A stretch of DNA of 64,000 nt from an uncultured virus (IMG/VR IMGVR_UViG_3300025009_000095) (taxonomy: Duplodnaviria; Heunggongvirae; Uroviricota; Caudoviricetes). Positions within the stretch are counted from its first letter, which is position 1. Each line of letters starts with the position of its first letter. The translations under genes and the position numbers were made by a program. Positions 27,726 through 36,783 of this stretch are shown here, piece after piece. The stretch lies in IMG/VR virus record IMGVR_UViG_3300025009_000095; one strand, given 5' to 3'. Below the pieces are notes generated by a model. That model ran no database searches and was not told the origin of the DNA. It was given only the letters and a program-made list of their open reading frames with translations.

Positions 27726-30248
27726 TTAAAACCCTATTTTCTTAACTGCATTATCAACTTGCTCCTGTGTAAACTGATCTATCCCTGCCGTGTTACCTGC
27801 CCACTGAGTGCCAATCTTAGCATCTAACCCTATAGTGAAGCTCTTACCCTTGTAAGTAAAGGTATGTGTCATGTGTTCTTTTATAATCAATAAAATGTTT
27901 ACTAAGTTTGGTATTTGACTTTTATGGAACATAAAAAGATCTGAATCATGAACAGTAGTTAACATTCTAATATCATAACCATCTTTACCAAGCCGAGGAT
28001 CATTAACCATTTTAATTGATCCGCGGTTAAGTAACTCTGCAACAGTAGACTGCGGTTTATAACTGTAAGCATTCCTAAATAATGCAGCGTTCATCTCGCC
28101 AAGAAATCTCTTGGGCCGACCAAACAAATTAAACAAAGTTCTTGTTGATTGTACCTCTTCTTCAATTGACTGATGCCAACGCTTTAAACCAGGAAATCTA
28201 TCAGTATAGTTAGTAAGGAGTCTCTTACAATCTGATTGACTCATAAAGATTTCTTCAGTAGCAAGCTGATCAGAGAAAGTTTGTGGACCCATTGCATAGT
28301 TCGATGCATGAACTACTTTCTTGCCCATATAACGCATAGTAGACTTTTGATCTTCTTTATTATTCTTTGCCTCTTCAATAACTTGTTCAATAGGAACATT
28401 GAAAATCTTACTCGCATTAAAAGAGTGAACGTCAATACCACTAACGAATGACTCGATCATGTTAGCATCTTGACTCAAATATGCAACAACATGAGCTTCA
28501 GCCTTTGCTAAGTCAACCTCACATAAAATCCAATCAGGATCAGCGAGTAAAAAGTATTTAAAAACATACGGAATGTTTTGAAGGTTTGTACCAGTACCAA
28601 AGTAAGTTCCTTCAGTAGCAATTCTGCCTGAGCTTGTTCCAGAAATCTTATGATTACAACGAAGTCGCTTATCTTCATCTACTGAAACATTAAAATAAGT
28701 AGAAACAAGCTTACCGTACTTTCTGATCTTAATTATGATCTTTGCTTCAGTAGAACCTTTACCACCATTCTTAGCTATCCGATGTAGCGCAACAGTATCA
28801 CATGTAGCACTATTTGTCTTTCGATTAATATAAGGCTTAATCATGCAGATGCCATAAAAATATGCAATCATCTGCTTAGAAGAGTTCGGATTAAGTTCTT
28901 TCCCTGCAATCTCATTGAGTTGTTTTTGCAGAGTCTCCATCTTTTCTTCATACTCTGCTTTAGTCTTCTTGATTCCTTCAGTGTCAGTCAAGATACCATT
29001 AAACTCCATTTCCATTAAAGGCTTATGAAGGTCCATGGTGTATTCCATGTCATTTGATGCCTCAAATTCTTCGAGTTCTTTGATTAAGGCTTCAGAGATA
29101 GGAAGTAAATAAGCTGAATCTTTTGCATTATAATACCAATACTGTGGCCAATCCTTTATTACTTTCAAGTGAGATTGTTTGCCATCATCCTTATAGTAAG
29201 GATAATAAGTATAACAAGATGTTAAATAATCAAGACCTTTCGGAAGCTCGGTATAGCATATGTGCTGTGCGAGCATTGTATCAAAATAAAAGTTCTCTGT
29301 TTTAATATTCATCGTTCGCAGGATGAACATTATGTCAAACATTCCATTTTGAAGAATCTTTTTGATATTTTCATCAGCAAGAATCTTTGCACAGCCTATC
29401 CAGATTTTTACTTCTTCTTCAGGAGACCAATAACTTCCCTGATTGTTCATCAGAGGAACGCACATACTCTTGATCTTGCCTTCATCATAAACAGCAAAAG
29501 AAAAGCAAGTAATAAACTTCGGCGTTGCTTCAATATCAAAAGCTACAAATTCTTTTTCCTGAGTAAGAGCATAAAATTGCATAACTTTCTCGAAGCCCGG
29601 CGAGATCGTAAGTTCAGTATTGTCAACCAGTAACTCTGGTTCATCAAGAAGTTTCAGTGCTTTTGTAAAATCTGCAAGCATTGTATAGAAGTGTGTAGGC
29701 TTGCCTAAGAACGTAGTAAATGATGGATGAAAGGAAAAACCTATGATCTTGCCAGCAAGTTTTTCTTTCAAGTGAGGAAAGCTTTCAGCAGGATAAAATG
29801 ATCCTCTGTATTTTTGAATAGAGTCAAACTTAGGCTCATCAATAAGCAGCCGTATGGCAGTATCTCCGAGTAGCATAATTATTTTGCCTGGAAATTCTGC
29901 AAGCTCATTGATCAAATTGTTCTGAAGCTCACCCCATTTCGGATGCCGCCAGCCCTTTTCAGTCCACAGCTTGCTGATATTATTCTTGGGTAGCTTTGCT
30001 TTACAAGCATGTGTCAAATAGATTTGATACCTTGCCAACCTAACTGCTGCACAAATACGATTAAACTGTGCACCAACTGGGCCAACAAAAGGTTCATTCT
30101 TTAATACTTCAATATCATTAGGAGCATCACCGACCATAGCAATGATCGCGGTCTTGATGTTGTCCGTTGGCAGACATTCTACAGCAAGGACATCAAAAGA
30201 ACTCTTCTTCTGATCTTGTTCGCTTGTAGGATCTTTTGGAATTTTCAT
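27726..30248 (-). CDS. polA: Family A DNA polymerase with N-terminal family-4 UDG-like domain
   Basis: UDG motifs GDAP..E....PFVG and FHPSF; exonuclease FDIE/QNGMFD/YNAKD; polymerase NLQNIP, DLAKAE, RYMGKKVVHASNY, VHDS. Confidence 0.9.
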   Translation of the reverse strand: MKIPKDPTSEQDQKKSSFDVLAVECLPTDNIKTAIIAMVGDAPNDIEVLKNEPFVGPVGAQFNRICAAVRLARYQIYLTHACKAKLPKNNISKLWTEKGWRHPKWGELQNNLINELAEFPGKIIMLLGDTAIRLLIDEPKFDSIQKYRGSFYPAESFPHLKEKLAGKIIGFSFHPSFTTFLGKPTHFYTMLADFTKALKLLDEPELLVDNTELTISPGFEKVMQFYALTQEKEFVAFDIEATPKFITCFSFAVYDEGKIKSMCVPLMNNQGSYWSPEEEVKIWIGCAKILADENIKKILQNGMFDIMFILRTMNIKTENFYFDTMLAQHICYTELPKGLDYLTSCYTYYPYYKDDGKQSHLKVIKDWPQYWYYNAKDSAYLLPISEALIKELEEFEASNDMEYTMDLHKPLMEMEFNGILTDTEGIKKTKAEYEEKMETLQKQLNEIAGKELNPNSSKQMIAYFYGICMIKPYINRKTNSATCDTVALHRIAKNGGKGSTEAKIIIKIRKYGKLVSTYFNVSVDEDKRLRCNHKISGTSSGRIATEGTYFGTGTNLQNIPYVFKYFLLADPDWILCEVDLAKAEAHVVAYLSQDANMIESFVSGIDVHSFNASKIFNVPIEQVIEEAKNNKEDQKSTMRYMGKKVVHASNYAMGPQTFSDQLATEEIFMSQSDCKRLLTNYTDRFPGLKRWHQSIEEEVQSTRTLFNLFGRPKRFLGEMNAALFRNAYSYKPQSTVAELLNRGSIKMVNDPRLGKDGYDIRMLTTVHDSDLFMFHKSQIPNLVNILLIIKEHMTHTFTYKGKSFTIGLDAKIGTQWAGNTAGIDQFTQEQVDNAVKKIGF

Positions 30249-30260
30249 TGTTTATACCTT

Positions 30261-30470
30261 TTAATTATTATAAATCGACTTTGCTTCTGCATAAGTAATT
30301 AGTGCATTCTCTGGATGTAAACCACTATGACCACCTTCAAGAGAATAAAAATTCATTTTTCCTCCAGACATAAATTCCATATGTCCTCTTCCAGTTATTA
30401 CACATACTCCAGATCGACCAAGAATAAAAACACGTTCACCAAGAGTAAATTTAAATGGTTTATTTTTCAT
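30261..30470 (-). CDS. Hypothetical protein
   Basis: MKNKPFKFTLGERV..., RBS AGGT. Confidence 0.45.
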   Translation of the reverse strand: MKNKPFKFTLGERVFILGRSGVCVITGRGHMEFMSGGKMNFYSLEGGHSGLHPENALITYAEAKSIYNN

Positions 30471-30471
30471 A

Positions 30472-30765
30472 TTATAACCTATCTTTTTTAAGTTGCCCTG
30501 GATTAGGTGCTTTAATTTCTTGCTTACATTCAAGACAAAGATAACTTCTTATCCGAACAACATTTGCAGTTAAAATACCTACAGCAAAGTTATAATTCGC
30601 TTCTTCTTTGTAGCCATTCGGCCAGCTTTTAATGGCAAAACCTATCTCAAGAGGCACAATATTTTTATGTAAACAACAAAAAGATTTTCTTCTTTCAGAG
30701 CCTCTTTCAATAATTTCTGAGTCTCCTTCCTTTTTCATTATTCTTCCTGGTTCATACTTTGGCAT
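30472..30765 (-). CDS. Hypothetical protein
   Basis: GAGG RBS; Cys motifs. Confidence 0.45.
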   Translation of the reverse strand: MPKYEPGRIMKKEGDSEIIERGSERRKSFCCLHKNIVPLEIGFAIKSWPNGYKEEANYNFAVGILTANVVRIRSYLCLECKQEIKAPNPGQLKKDRL

Positions 30766-30772
30766 ATTAGCC

Positions 30773-31282
30773 TCATATTGTAATCATAAGTTTATGTATA
30801 GTTAAAAAACTATTTTTTAACACTATATTATTACTTATTAACATAGGATAATCAGAAGTTCCTCCAACTCCACCACTACAAAATACAAACATATTATCAT
30901 TACTTACTAATTCAAATCTATTTACTACTCCTGAGAAACTTATATCTAATTGTAATCCGTTAATACCTAATTCATTATATGAACATTTTGATAAGGCTAA
31001 AACTCTTTCAGCATAAGCATTATCTTCATAGCCAAAAAGATAAAAAGTACAATCATGTAATATTTTAACAAGGGAACTATCATTATGTAAAAGTTTCAGC
31101 AAAGGTGCTGACATTTCAAATGGAATTATTTCTGGTTTCTCAAATAAAATACTAGGTGATTCTTCTTCAGGATAATAATCATCATCATAATAACCCCAAT
31201 CATCATACTCGTGTTCTTCATCTTCTTTTAAAATAGCTAAACATGTTTTAATCAATTCTTTAATTTTTTCTTTTCTATTCAT
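30773..31282 (-). CDS. Hypothetical protein (AT-rich)
   Basis: GGGAGG RBS; acidic D/Y-rich segment. Confidence 0.5.
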   Translation of the reverse strand: MNRKEKIKELIKTCLAILKEDEEHEYDDWGYYDDDYYPEEESPSILFEKPEIIPFEMSAPLLKLLHNDSSLVKILHDCTFYLFGYEDNAYAERVLALSKCSYNELGINGLQLDISFSGVVNRFELVSNDNMFVFCSGGVGGTSDYPMLISNNIVLKNSFLTIHKLMITI

Positions 31283-31303
31283 TTATGCCTCCCATCTTAT
31301 AAA

Positions 31304-32737
31304 CTATAATCCAGTTATGTCTGCTGATATTCCAGTAAATTGCGAAAGGCGCTGATAAAATTGAGGAATATATTTCTGACTTTTATCACATCCAATCGGC
31401 ATCATTCTTGCTTTAGCAGCAGAAATAAGACAATTACCTGATCCAGCAAAGGGACTCAAAAAGATAGTTCCTGGCCGACCAAGTGACTTAAGAAAATGAT
31501 CGTAAAGATTAACTGGTTTTTCCCACTGATGAATCCTTTGAGCACTATTTCCTGTATCAATATTAATTCCACTGAGCAAACTTGAAGTATTAAACTGTGC
31601 ATTTCCTTTGCGAAACAACAAGTACATTTCCCAATTACTTACAAGACCTCTTTTCGGCTGATTCGTGCTGCCACCAGCTTTTATCCAAGCACCAGGTTGC
31701 TGAATTTGAAATCCAATCTGCTCTGCAATCTTGTTAGTCTCAACAAAATGTTCCTTGCCAGTCCAGCAAAGTACCCAACTAGCATCAAGCATCTTGTTAT
31801 AGATTAATGGCAAGTAATTAAAGTAAAATTCATAAAGTTGTTTCTCTGTCCAATCATCTGCTTTACTTTCAATGCCATTAGCCTTACCATAATTCTCATT
31901 AAACCCAATTGCATAAGGCGGATCAAGCTCAACCAGGCCAACAGAGTTATCAGGGATTTTATCTAAGAAAGTCTTGTAGTTTTCAGCAACATAAATAACT
32001 TGAATGTTTTGAAAGGCTTCTTTTTCTTCTTCATTAGCAAGGAGAAAATCTTCTTGTTCTTGATCTTGATCTTCATCATCAGAAAGATCTTTTTGCATAA
32101 CAGGAGCAGCTGGTTTCTTAGTCTTCTTTGGAATTTGAAAATTCCCTGACTGAAGAGCATTCAGTCTATCTTTCTCAACATCAGTAAAGTTATCCATTCG
32201 CTGAATTGCATGAGCCTGATCACCAAAAGCTTTATAAAGTTCTCTTGCGCGGCCTTTAGTAGTTTGTTTCTTTAACTCAGGAAACACTTTCAATGCTTCT
32301 GCAAAAGCCAAATCAGTAGACAATCCACCTAAACTGCAATGAAGTCTCTTCGCAGTCTCACGATAACCCCAAGTCTTATTATCTTTCTCTGCTGCTTCTT
32401 TCCAATAATTATGCAGTTTGTATTTGATTTCTATTTCTTCATGCCAAGCGAACTCCTTACGGTCCATATTTGAAAGAAGTTCAATCAGCACATGATCGTC
32501 TTGAGTAATGCCAAAGACTACCCGAGCCTCGACAGTTTTCAGTCCGAGACTTTCAATAGCTTTCAGCCGATGAAGTCCATCAATAAGGACATTATCTTCA
32601 TCAATCAAGATTGGTGTCAATTGACCAACCATCTTGATTGAGTTAGCCAAAGATGTAACATCACCAACCTCATTTCTCGCACGTTCCTTGATAATGATAT
32701 CAGCGATTTGCTTTTCTTCTACTTGAAAGAGTTGCAT
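31304..32737 (-). CDS. ParB-like N-terminal domain fused to an N6A/N4C DNA methyltransferase
   Basis: LANSIKMVGQLTPI...LIDGLHRL (ParB); LDPPY, HQWEKP, SPFAGSG (beta-class MTase order). Confidence 0.85.
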   Translation of the reverse strand: MQLFQVEEKQIADIIIKERARNEVGDVTSLANSIKMVGQLTPILIDEDNVLIDGLHRLKAIESLGLKTVEARVVFGITQDDHVLIELLSNMDRKEFAWHEEIEIKYKLHNYWKEAAEKDNKTWGYRETAKRLHCSLGGLSTDLAFAEALKVFPELKKQTTKGRARELYKAFGDQAHAIQRMDNFTDVEKDRLNALQSGNFQIPKKTKKPAAPVMQKDLSDDEDQDQEQEDFLLANEEEKEAFQNIQVIYVAENYKTFLDKIPDNSVGLVELDPPYAIGFNENYGKANGIESKADDWTEKQLYEFYFNYLPLIYNKMLDASWVLCWTGKEHFVETNKIAEQIGFQIQQPGAWIKAGGSTNQPKRGLVSNWEMYLLFRKGNAQFNTSSLLSGINIDTGNSAQRIHQWEKPVNLYDHFLKSLGRPGTIFLSPFAGSGNCLISAAKARMMPIGCDKSQKYIPQFYQRLSQFTGISADITGL

Positions 32738-32766
32738 TTATTAATCCTTATTAAAATCTATTTTAA

Positions 32767-32949
32767 TTATTCTTGATCTATCCAACTATCAGCACAATCT
32801 TGATGACATCCATAATCTATTTGAGTGAATTGATTATATTTTGCTTGACATTCTTCACATACTGGTTTATCACAAATTTTACAAAAATCAACTTCTTCAT
32901 ATGATAATTCTTTTCCACAAATACATTTTAAATTTTCCATAATATTCAC
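32767..32949 (-). CDS. Small zinc-finger protein
   Basis: Several Cys pairs. Confidence 0.45.
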   Translation of the reverse strand: MNIMENLKCICGKELSYEEVDFCKICDKPVCEECQAKYNQFTQIDYGCHQDCADSWIDQE

Positions 32950-33225
32950 TTAACTTGCGAATTGTTTTTTAATTAACTCTATTTGTTCTGGAGTTAGCTT
33001 TGCTAAGGCATCATTAGCGCTTTTAGTTATATCTTTTGGTGCTCTAGTTTTGCCAGAAGTCTTTTGAGCAATCTTTTTCATCTTTGTGCTGGAAATACTT
33101 CTAGAACTAACAAGAGCTTCATTAAGTGCTGAGCTTCTAATCGTTCTAATTTTTTCAACTAAACCAAGTTGTTCGGGATATGACATTTCCAGAAAAGACT
33201 TGACGTAAATTCTATCCATTAACAT
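32950..33225 (-). CDS. Hypothetical protein with shared C-terminal helical tag
   Basis: Ends ANDALAKLTPEQIELIKKQFAS. Confidence 0.6.
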   Translation of the reverse strand: MLMDRIYVKSFLEMSYPEQLGLVEKIRTIRSSALNEALVSSRSISSTKMKKIAQKTSGKTRAPKDITKSANDALAKLTPEQIELIKKQFAS

Positions 33226-33227
33226 AA

Positions 33228-33380
33228 TTATTCTCCTTTCTTCTTAGGAGGCTTTCTTAATATTCTGAAAAAACGAACAAAGAAAACAAATCTACAATCA
33301 GTGCATCGAGGGATAGATTTCTCAAACTTTACATTACTAGAACCACAATAAGGACAAAATTTAATCTCTGGTTCTTTCAT
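33228..33380 (-). CDS. Small zinc-ribbon protein
   Basis: CPYCGS...CTDC; GGAG RBS. Confidence 0.45.
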   Translation of the reverse strand: MKEPEIKFCPYCGSSNVKFEKSIPRCTDCRFVFFVRFFRILRKPPKKKGE

Positions 33381-33852
33381 AGTTCTTCTCCTTCTCTTTT
33401 TGAAATGCTCTATTGTATACGTCTCCAGCAATTTCTGCTAGAGTTTTTATTGGTATATTGTTTTCAGAATCTTCTTCATCTAGTTCATTCAACACATAAC
33501 CTGATAAATCTTCTAACTGCTTCAATGGCCGATCATCAAGATGAGGAAACTTCTTCTCTGTATTATAAAGATTAATCAGACAAAACATTGCAGCACCAAG
33601 ATGATGCTTATCAATATTATATTTTTCCTTTGCTTCAGGATCACAAGATTCTAAATCAAAGAACCAGGCTTTCAAGTGTCTCATTAACGCATCATACATT
33701 ACTGTAGAATTGAAACCAAGTCGCCATGATTCGCGTTCGTACTTCAAGACTCCTTCACGATAAGCAGGTTCCAGCATCGGTATGATAATATCAAGCGGGA
33801 TCAGGCTGATTTGAAACTTGTCTTCAGTAGTATTATTTTTAGGTGCTGGCAT
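33361..33852 (-). CDS. dATP/dGTP diphosphohydrolase (DUF5664-like)
   Basis: SLIP...GVLKYERESWRLG...YDALMRHL...HHLGAA. Confidence 0.8.
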   Translation of the reverse strand: MPAPKNNTTEDKFQISLIPLDIIIPMLEPAYREGVLKYERESWRLGFNSTVMYDALMRHLKAWFFDLESCDPEAKEKYNIDKHHLGAAMFCLINLYNTEKKFPHLDDRPLKQLEDLSGYVLNELDEEDSENNIPIKTLAEIAGDVYNRAFQKEKEKNYERTRD

Positions 33853-33855
33853 AAG

Positions 33856-34032
33856 TTATTCCTTATTCTCAGAATAAGTATGGCTGTAATAAATCGTTTT
33901 AGCCTCATTTAACATCCTGACCTCTTCTTTATATGAGTCAGCAGCATCTTTATATAATTGACTGGCAACTTTTAACAGTTGTACAATTTCTTTGTACTCA
34001 ACCAACAATTCTTCGAGTTGTTTATTTGTCAT
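33856..34032 (-). CDS. Hypothetical coiled-coil protein
   Basis: AAGGA RBS, helical. Confidence 0.4.
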   Translation of the reverse strand: MTNKQLEELLVEYKEIVQLLKVASQLYKDAADSYKEEVRMLNEAKTIYYSHTYSENKE

Positions 34033-34048
34033 TTCCTTAGCACCTCCA

Positions 34049-34261
34049 TTATTCCTTCTCAATTGCAGGCAAGGTTAATGCTTTTCCTTTATAAAGATAA
34101 TCAGTAATTTCATTAGCCCGATTATCAGCAATAATAATTTTTAGTGACTTAAAAACATTTCTAAAGAACAGCGTCTGCTGACCATGATAAAAATAATCCT
34201 GAATTTGACTATACAAACTCTCCTCAATTCTTGCAGTAACTTTACATTCCTTCTCACTCAT
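34049..34261 (-). CDS. Ribbon-helix-helix-like protein
   Basis: KVTARIEESLYSQI pattern. Confidence 0.45.
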   Translation of the reverse strand: MSEKECKVTARIEESLYSQIQDYFYHGQQTLFFRNVFKSLKIIIADNRANEITDYLYKGKALTLPAIEKE

Positions 34262-34473
34262 TTGACTTCTCCTTGATTTTTATATAATATCTTATCACAT
34301 TGATTAATTGCTTGTCGGCCTTTTTCTATCCACATAGATACTTGCTAATAAAGTCCGTTAGATCCTCTTGTATACCAAGCACTTCCCACACGCTGAGCAC
34401 GAGCAACCTCTAAAATCACTCGACGTAATATTTTAATTTGTTCTCGTAATTTTTCTTTTTCTTCATTAGTCAT
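34258..34473 (-). pseudogene. 71-codon ORF interrupted by an in-frame TAG (codon 43)
   Basis: MTNEEKEKLREQ...SNGLY*QVSMWIEKGRQ...GEVK; strong RBS; ends in ATGA overlap with the next gene. Confidence 0.6.
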
Positions 34474-34490
34474 TTGACTTCTCCTTGATT
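34258..34490. repeat. 21-bp perfect direct repeat (34258-34278, 34470-34490)
   Basis: TCATTTGACTTCTCCTTGATT at both positions. Confidence 0.9.
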
Positions 34491-36235
34491 ATACTCATTA
34501 ATTGTACTTCAGTTATTTGAGAAACTCCGTATTTTATTGCTTTATTAATCTTAGTTCTTCCTGCTTCCTCACCAACAACAAGATAATTTGTATCCATTGT
34601 GACTGTAGCAGAAAACTCAAAAGAATAATCATTAAGCATTTCAATCATTGCATCACGAGAGATACTCAACGAACCTGTGATACAATACTTTGCCTTTGCA
34701 GGACTTGGTATACGAGCAAACTTAAATATTTGCATTTCTTCTGATGCCTTTTTATAAATCATAGCAGCCTCAGGAAAACTTTTTTTAGCTGTATTATGCA
34801 CATTACCAGAAAGCTCACCGGTTTTGATGTATTGACAGAGCTTTAAAGCTGACTTATAAGCAAGTCCGGGAATACCTAGACCAGCAATAAAGTGAGCCAT
34901 GTTTCTAGTTTCACTTATCCTTGAAACTTCATTGAGAATATTACTGAATATAATTTCTCCTACAGCATCAATGACATCAAGTATAATATCATAAGAATAC
35001 ATATCAAGTAATGCCCAAGAACTATTAATCAAGACTGAGTAACACTTCTGATTATTCAGGAGTTTTTCAATTACTGATTCACCAATACCATCAATCATTA
35101 TTCCTTTGATTGAATAAAAATAAGTTATAGAAGTTATCTTTTGGGCAAGGCAGTTAGCTCCGTTACATACTAAGTGAACTCCTTCCCAACGAAGAAAGTC
35201 TCCACAAGCAGGACAAATAGTTGGAACTAATAATTCATCATTAACATTATCAATATTCTCTATTTCAATAATTTTCGGAATAATTTCTCCTGCTTTTCCT
35301 ACAGTAATTATAGAGCCAATTTGAATTTTTCTATCAAATACCCATTTTGCATTATTACCAGTGACTCGTGAGTTTGTAGTTCCACAAAGTTCAATCGACT
35401 GATAAATAATTGTAGGAATAACTCTACCAAGCCTAGAAACATTCCATTCAATCTGAATAACTATAGTTTTTTTAATTTGAATCGGTGGCTTCCATGCAAT
35501 CGACCAGCTATTCGTAGTGCCATTATTACCTGCGATTAAGCGAGTTTTTTCATTCTTGATCTTAATCATCAGGCCATCAATAGGATAAATCTTTGCCCAT
35601 TCAGCATGGGTGTTAAGAAGTAGTTCTCCTAATGCATCAAGGTCTCCATCATACAAATAGTCTTTATATAATGATCCAAAATTATGAGGAATTGCTGTCA
35701 TCATAGCGCCAGGAGCCTCATACTTACGCGCTAACCATCCTGCTACAACGTTCCTCGGATTCTTTCCATATTCAGGATTCCATTCAGCAACAGGAAGCAA
35801 AATTTCCACTGCTTGAAAGTTTCTCAATTGAAAATTAATATTAATAAAAGGCAACAAGTGAGTAATATCTCCGCCGCTTTTACCATCACCTTCAAGAGTT
35901 ACTGACAAGCCTGATTTCTCAATCGTTATAACTGCTGCACAACCATCATACTTCGGCTCAATAACAAGCTGTTCACTGCCAAAGCGAGTTAGAAAAGGTT
36001 TCAAGTCTACCATTCCGAATGCTTTGTTCGTGCCAAAAATTTGATGCTTGTGCCAAGATTTATTATGTACGTGATTATAAGCTTGAGCAGTATGATAAAG
36101 CAAAGAATTTTCAGGATCAATAGCATAAAGTGCTTGCCATAACAGATCATATTCTGCGTCTGTTATGAAAGGAATCCCTGCTGAATAAGCCATATTAGCT
36201 TCTTCAATTGCTTGCTCGAGTTCTTGTTTAGTCAT
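34466..36235 (-). CDS. ligA: NAD-dependent DNA ligase
   Basis: ITDAEYD, EPKYDG, PIDGLMIK, KAGEIIPKI, CPAC zinc finger, C-terminal BRCT (CITGSL). Confidence 0.92.
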   Translation of the reverse strand: MTKQELEQAIEEANMAYSAGIPFITDAEYDLLWQALYAIDPENSLLYHTAQAYNHVHNKSWHKHQIFGTNKAFGMVDLKPFLTRFGSEQLVIEPKYDGCAAVITIEKSGLSVTLEGDGKSGGDITHLLPFININFQLRNFQAVEILLPVAEWNPEYGKNPRNVVAGWLARKYEAPGAMMTAIPHNFGSLYKDYLYDGDLDALGELLLNTHAEWAKIYPIDGLMIKIKNEKTRLIAGNNGTTNSWSIAWKPPIQIKKTIVIQIEWNVSRLGRVIPTIIYQSIELCGTTNSRVTGNNAKWVFDRKIQIGSIITVGKAGEIIPKIIEIENIDNVNDELLVPTICPACGDFLRWEGVHLVCNGANCLAQKITSITYFYSIKGIMIDGIGESVIEKLLNNQKCYSVLINSSWALLDMYSYDIILDVIDAVGEIIFSNILNEVSRISETRNMAHFIAGLGIPGLAYKSALKLCQYIKTGELSGNVHNTAKKSFPEAAMIYKKASEEMQIFKFARIPSPAKAKYCITGSLSISRDAMIEMLNDYSFEFSATVTMDTNYLVVGEEAGRTKINKAIKYGVSQITEVQLMSIIKEKSND

Positions 36236-36236
36236 T

Positions 36237-36443
36237 TTATTTATTCCAGTTCTGAATTATTGAGCATGATGCATCTATAATAATTCCAAGATCTGCTTTC
36301 TCATTCTCATGCGTTGTTTTAGCAGAGTAAAGTTTATGTGCAATAGCTTGAATGCACATAATTTGAGCCTTATTCCAATTTCTCTCACGTGCTCTTTTCT
36401 GAGCCTCAGAGACAGATTTAGTTTTTTTCTTTATTTTAATCAT
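36237..36443 (-). CDS. Hypothetical protein
   Basis: GGAGG RBS. Confidence 0.5.
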   Translation of the reverse strand: MIKIKKKTKSVSEAQKRARERNWNKAQIMCIQAIAHKLYSAKTTHENEKADLGIIIDASCSIIQNWNK

Positions 36444-36472
36444 AAGGCCTCCTAAGTTTTTCTATAATCTAA

Positions 36473-36574
36473 AAACAGTATAATTAACACTTACATATAA
36501 CGTAGTCAGCGGATTTTCACCAACAAATAGTTCTCATTCTATAGAGTTGGTTATAACGGTTAATTATACTGTTT
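36473..36574. repeat. 102-bp element with 16-bp perfect terminal inverted repeats
   Basis: AAACAGTATAATTAAC (36473-36488) / GTTAATTATACTGTTT (36559-36574). Confidence 0.8.
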
Positions 36575-36783
36575 ATACATTAAAGAAAGGTATAAGTTAA
36601 ATACTTTGGAAACATATCAAAGTTTCGTTCACAAATGAATACCAAGTTTTCCTTTCTTTGGTATCTTGTAGGCGTCGCATCAACGCCTCGTTCAGAATGG
36701 CTTTGCCAAACCCAGCTCACTGATCGCGGAAACTGGACTCCAATACCGGCATTGATTTACGTTTTTTCATTAACTTTCCTTAA

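Noticed and set aside
33361..33852. Z-genome (2-aminoadenine) pathway
   Set aside because: No PurZ/adenylosuccinate-synthetase-like or DatZ HD-domain gene recognised in the window
36640..36700. Hammerhead ribozyme (CUGAACGA followed by a stem)
   Set aside because: Core has an extra base and the required GAAA after stem II is missing
34258..36770. Genome-wide stop-codon reassignment suggested by two interrupted ORFs
   Set aside because: Long genes are intact in the standard code; TAG ends genes such as 25813-26448, 45127-45390 and 49481-50047, and TGA ends many coupled genes; no suppressor tRNA seen
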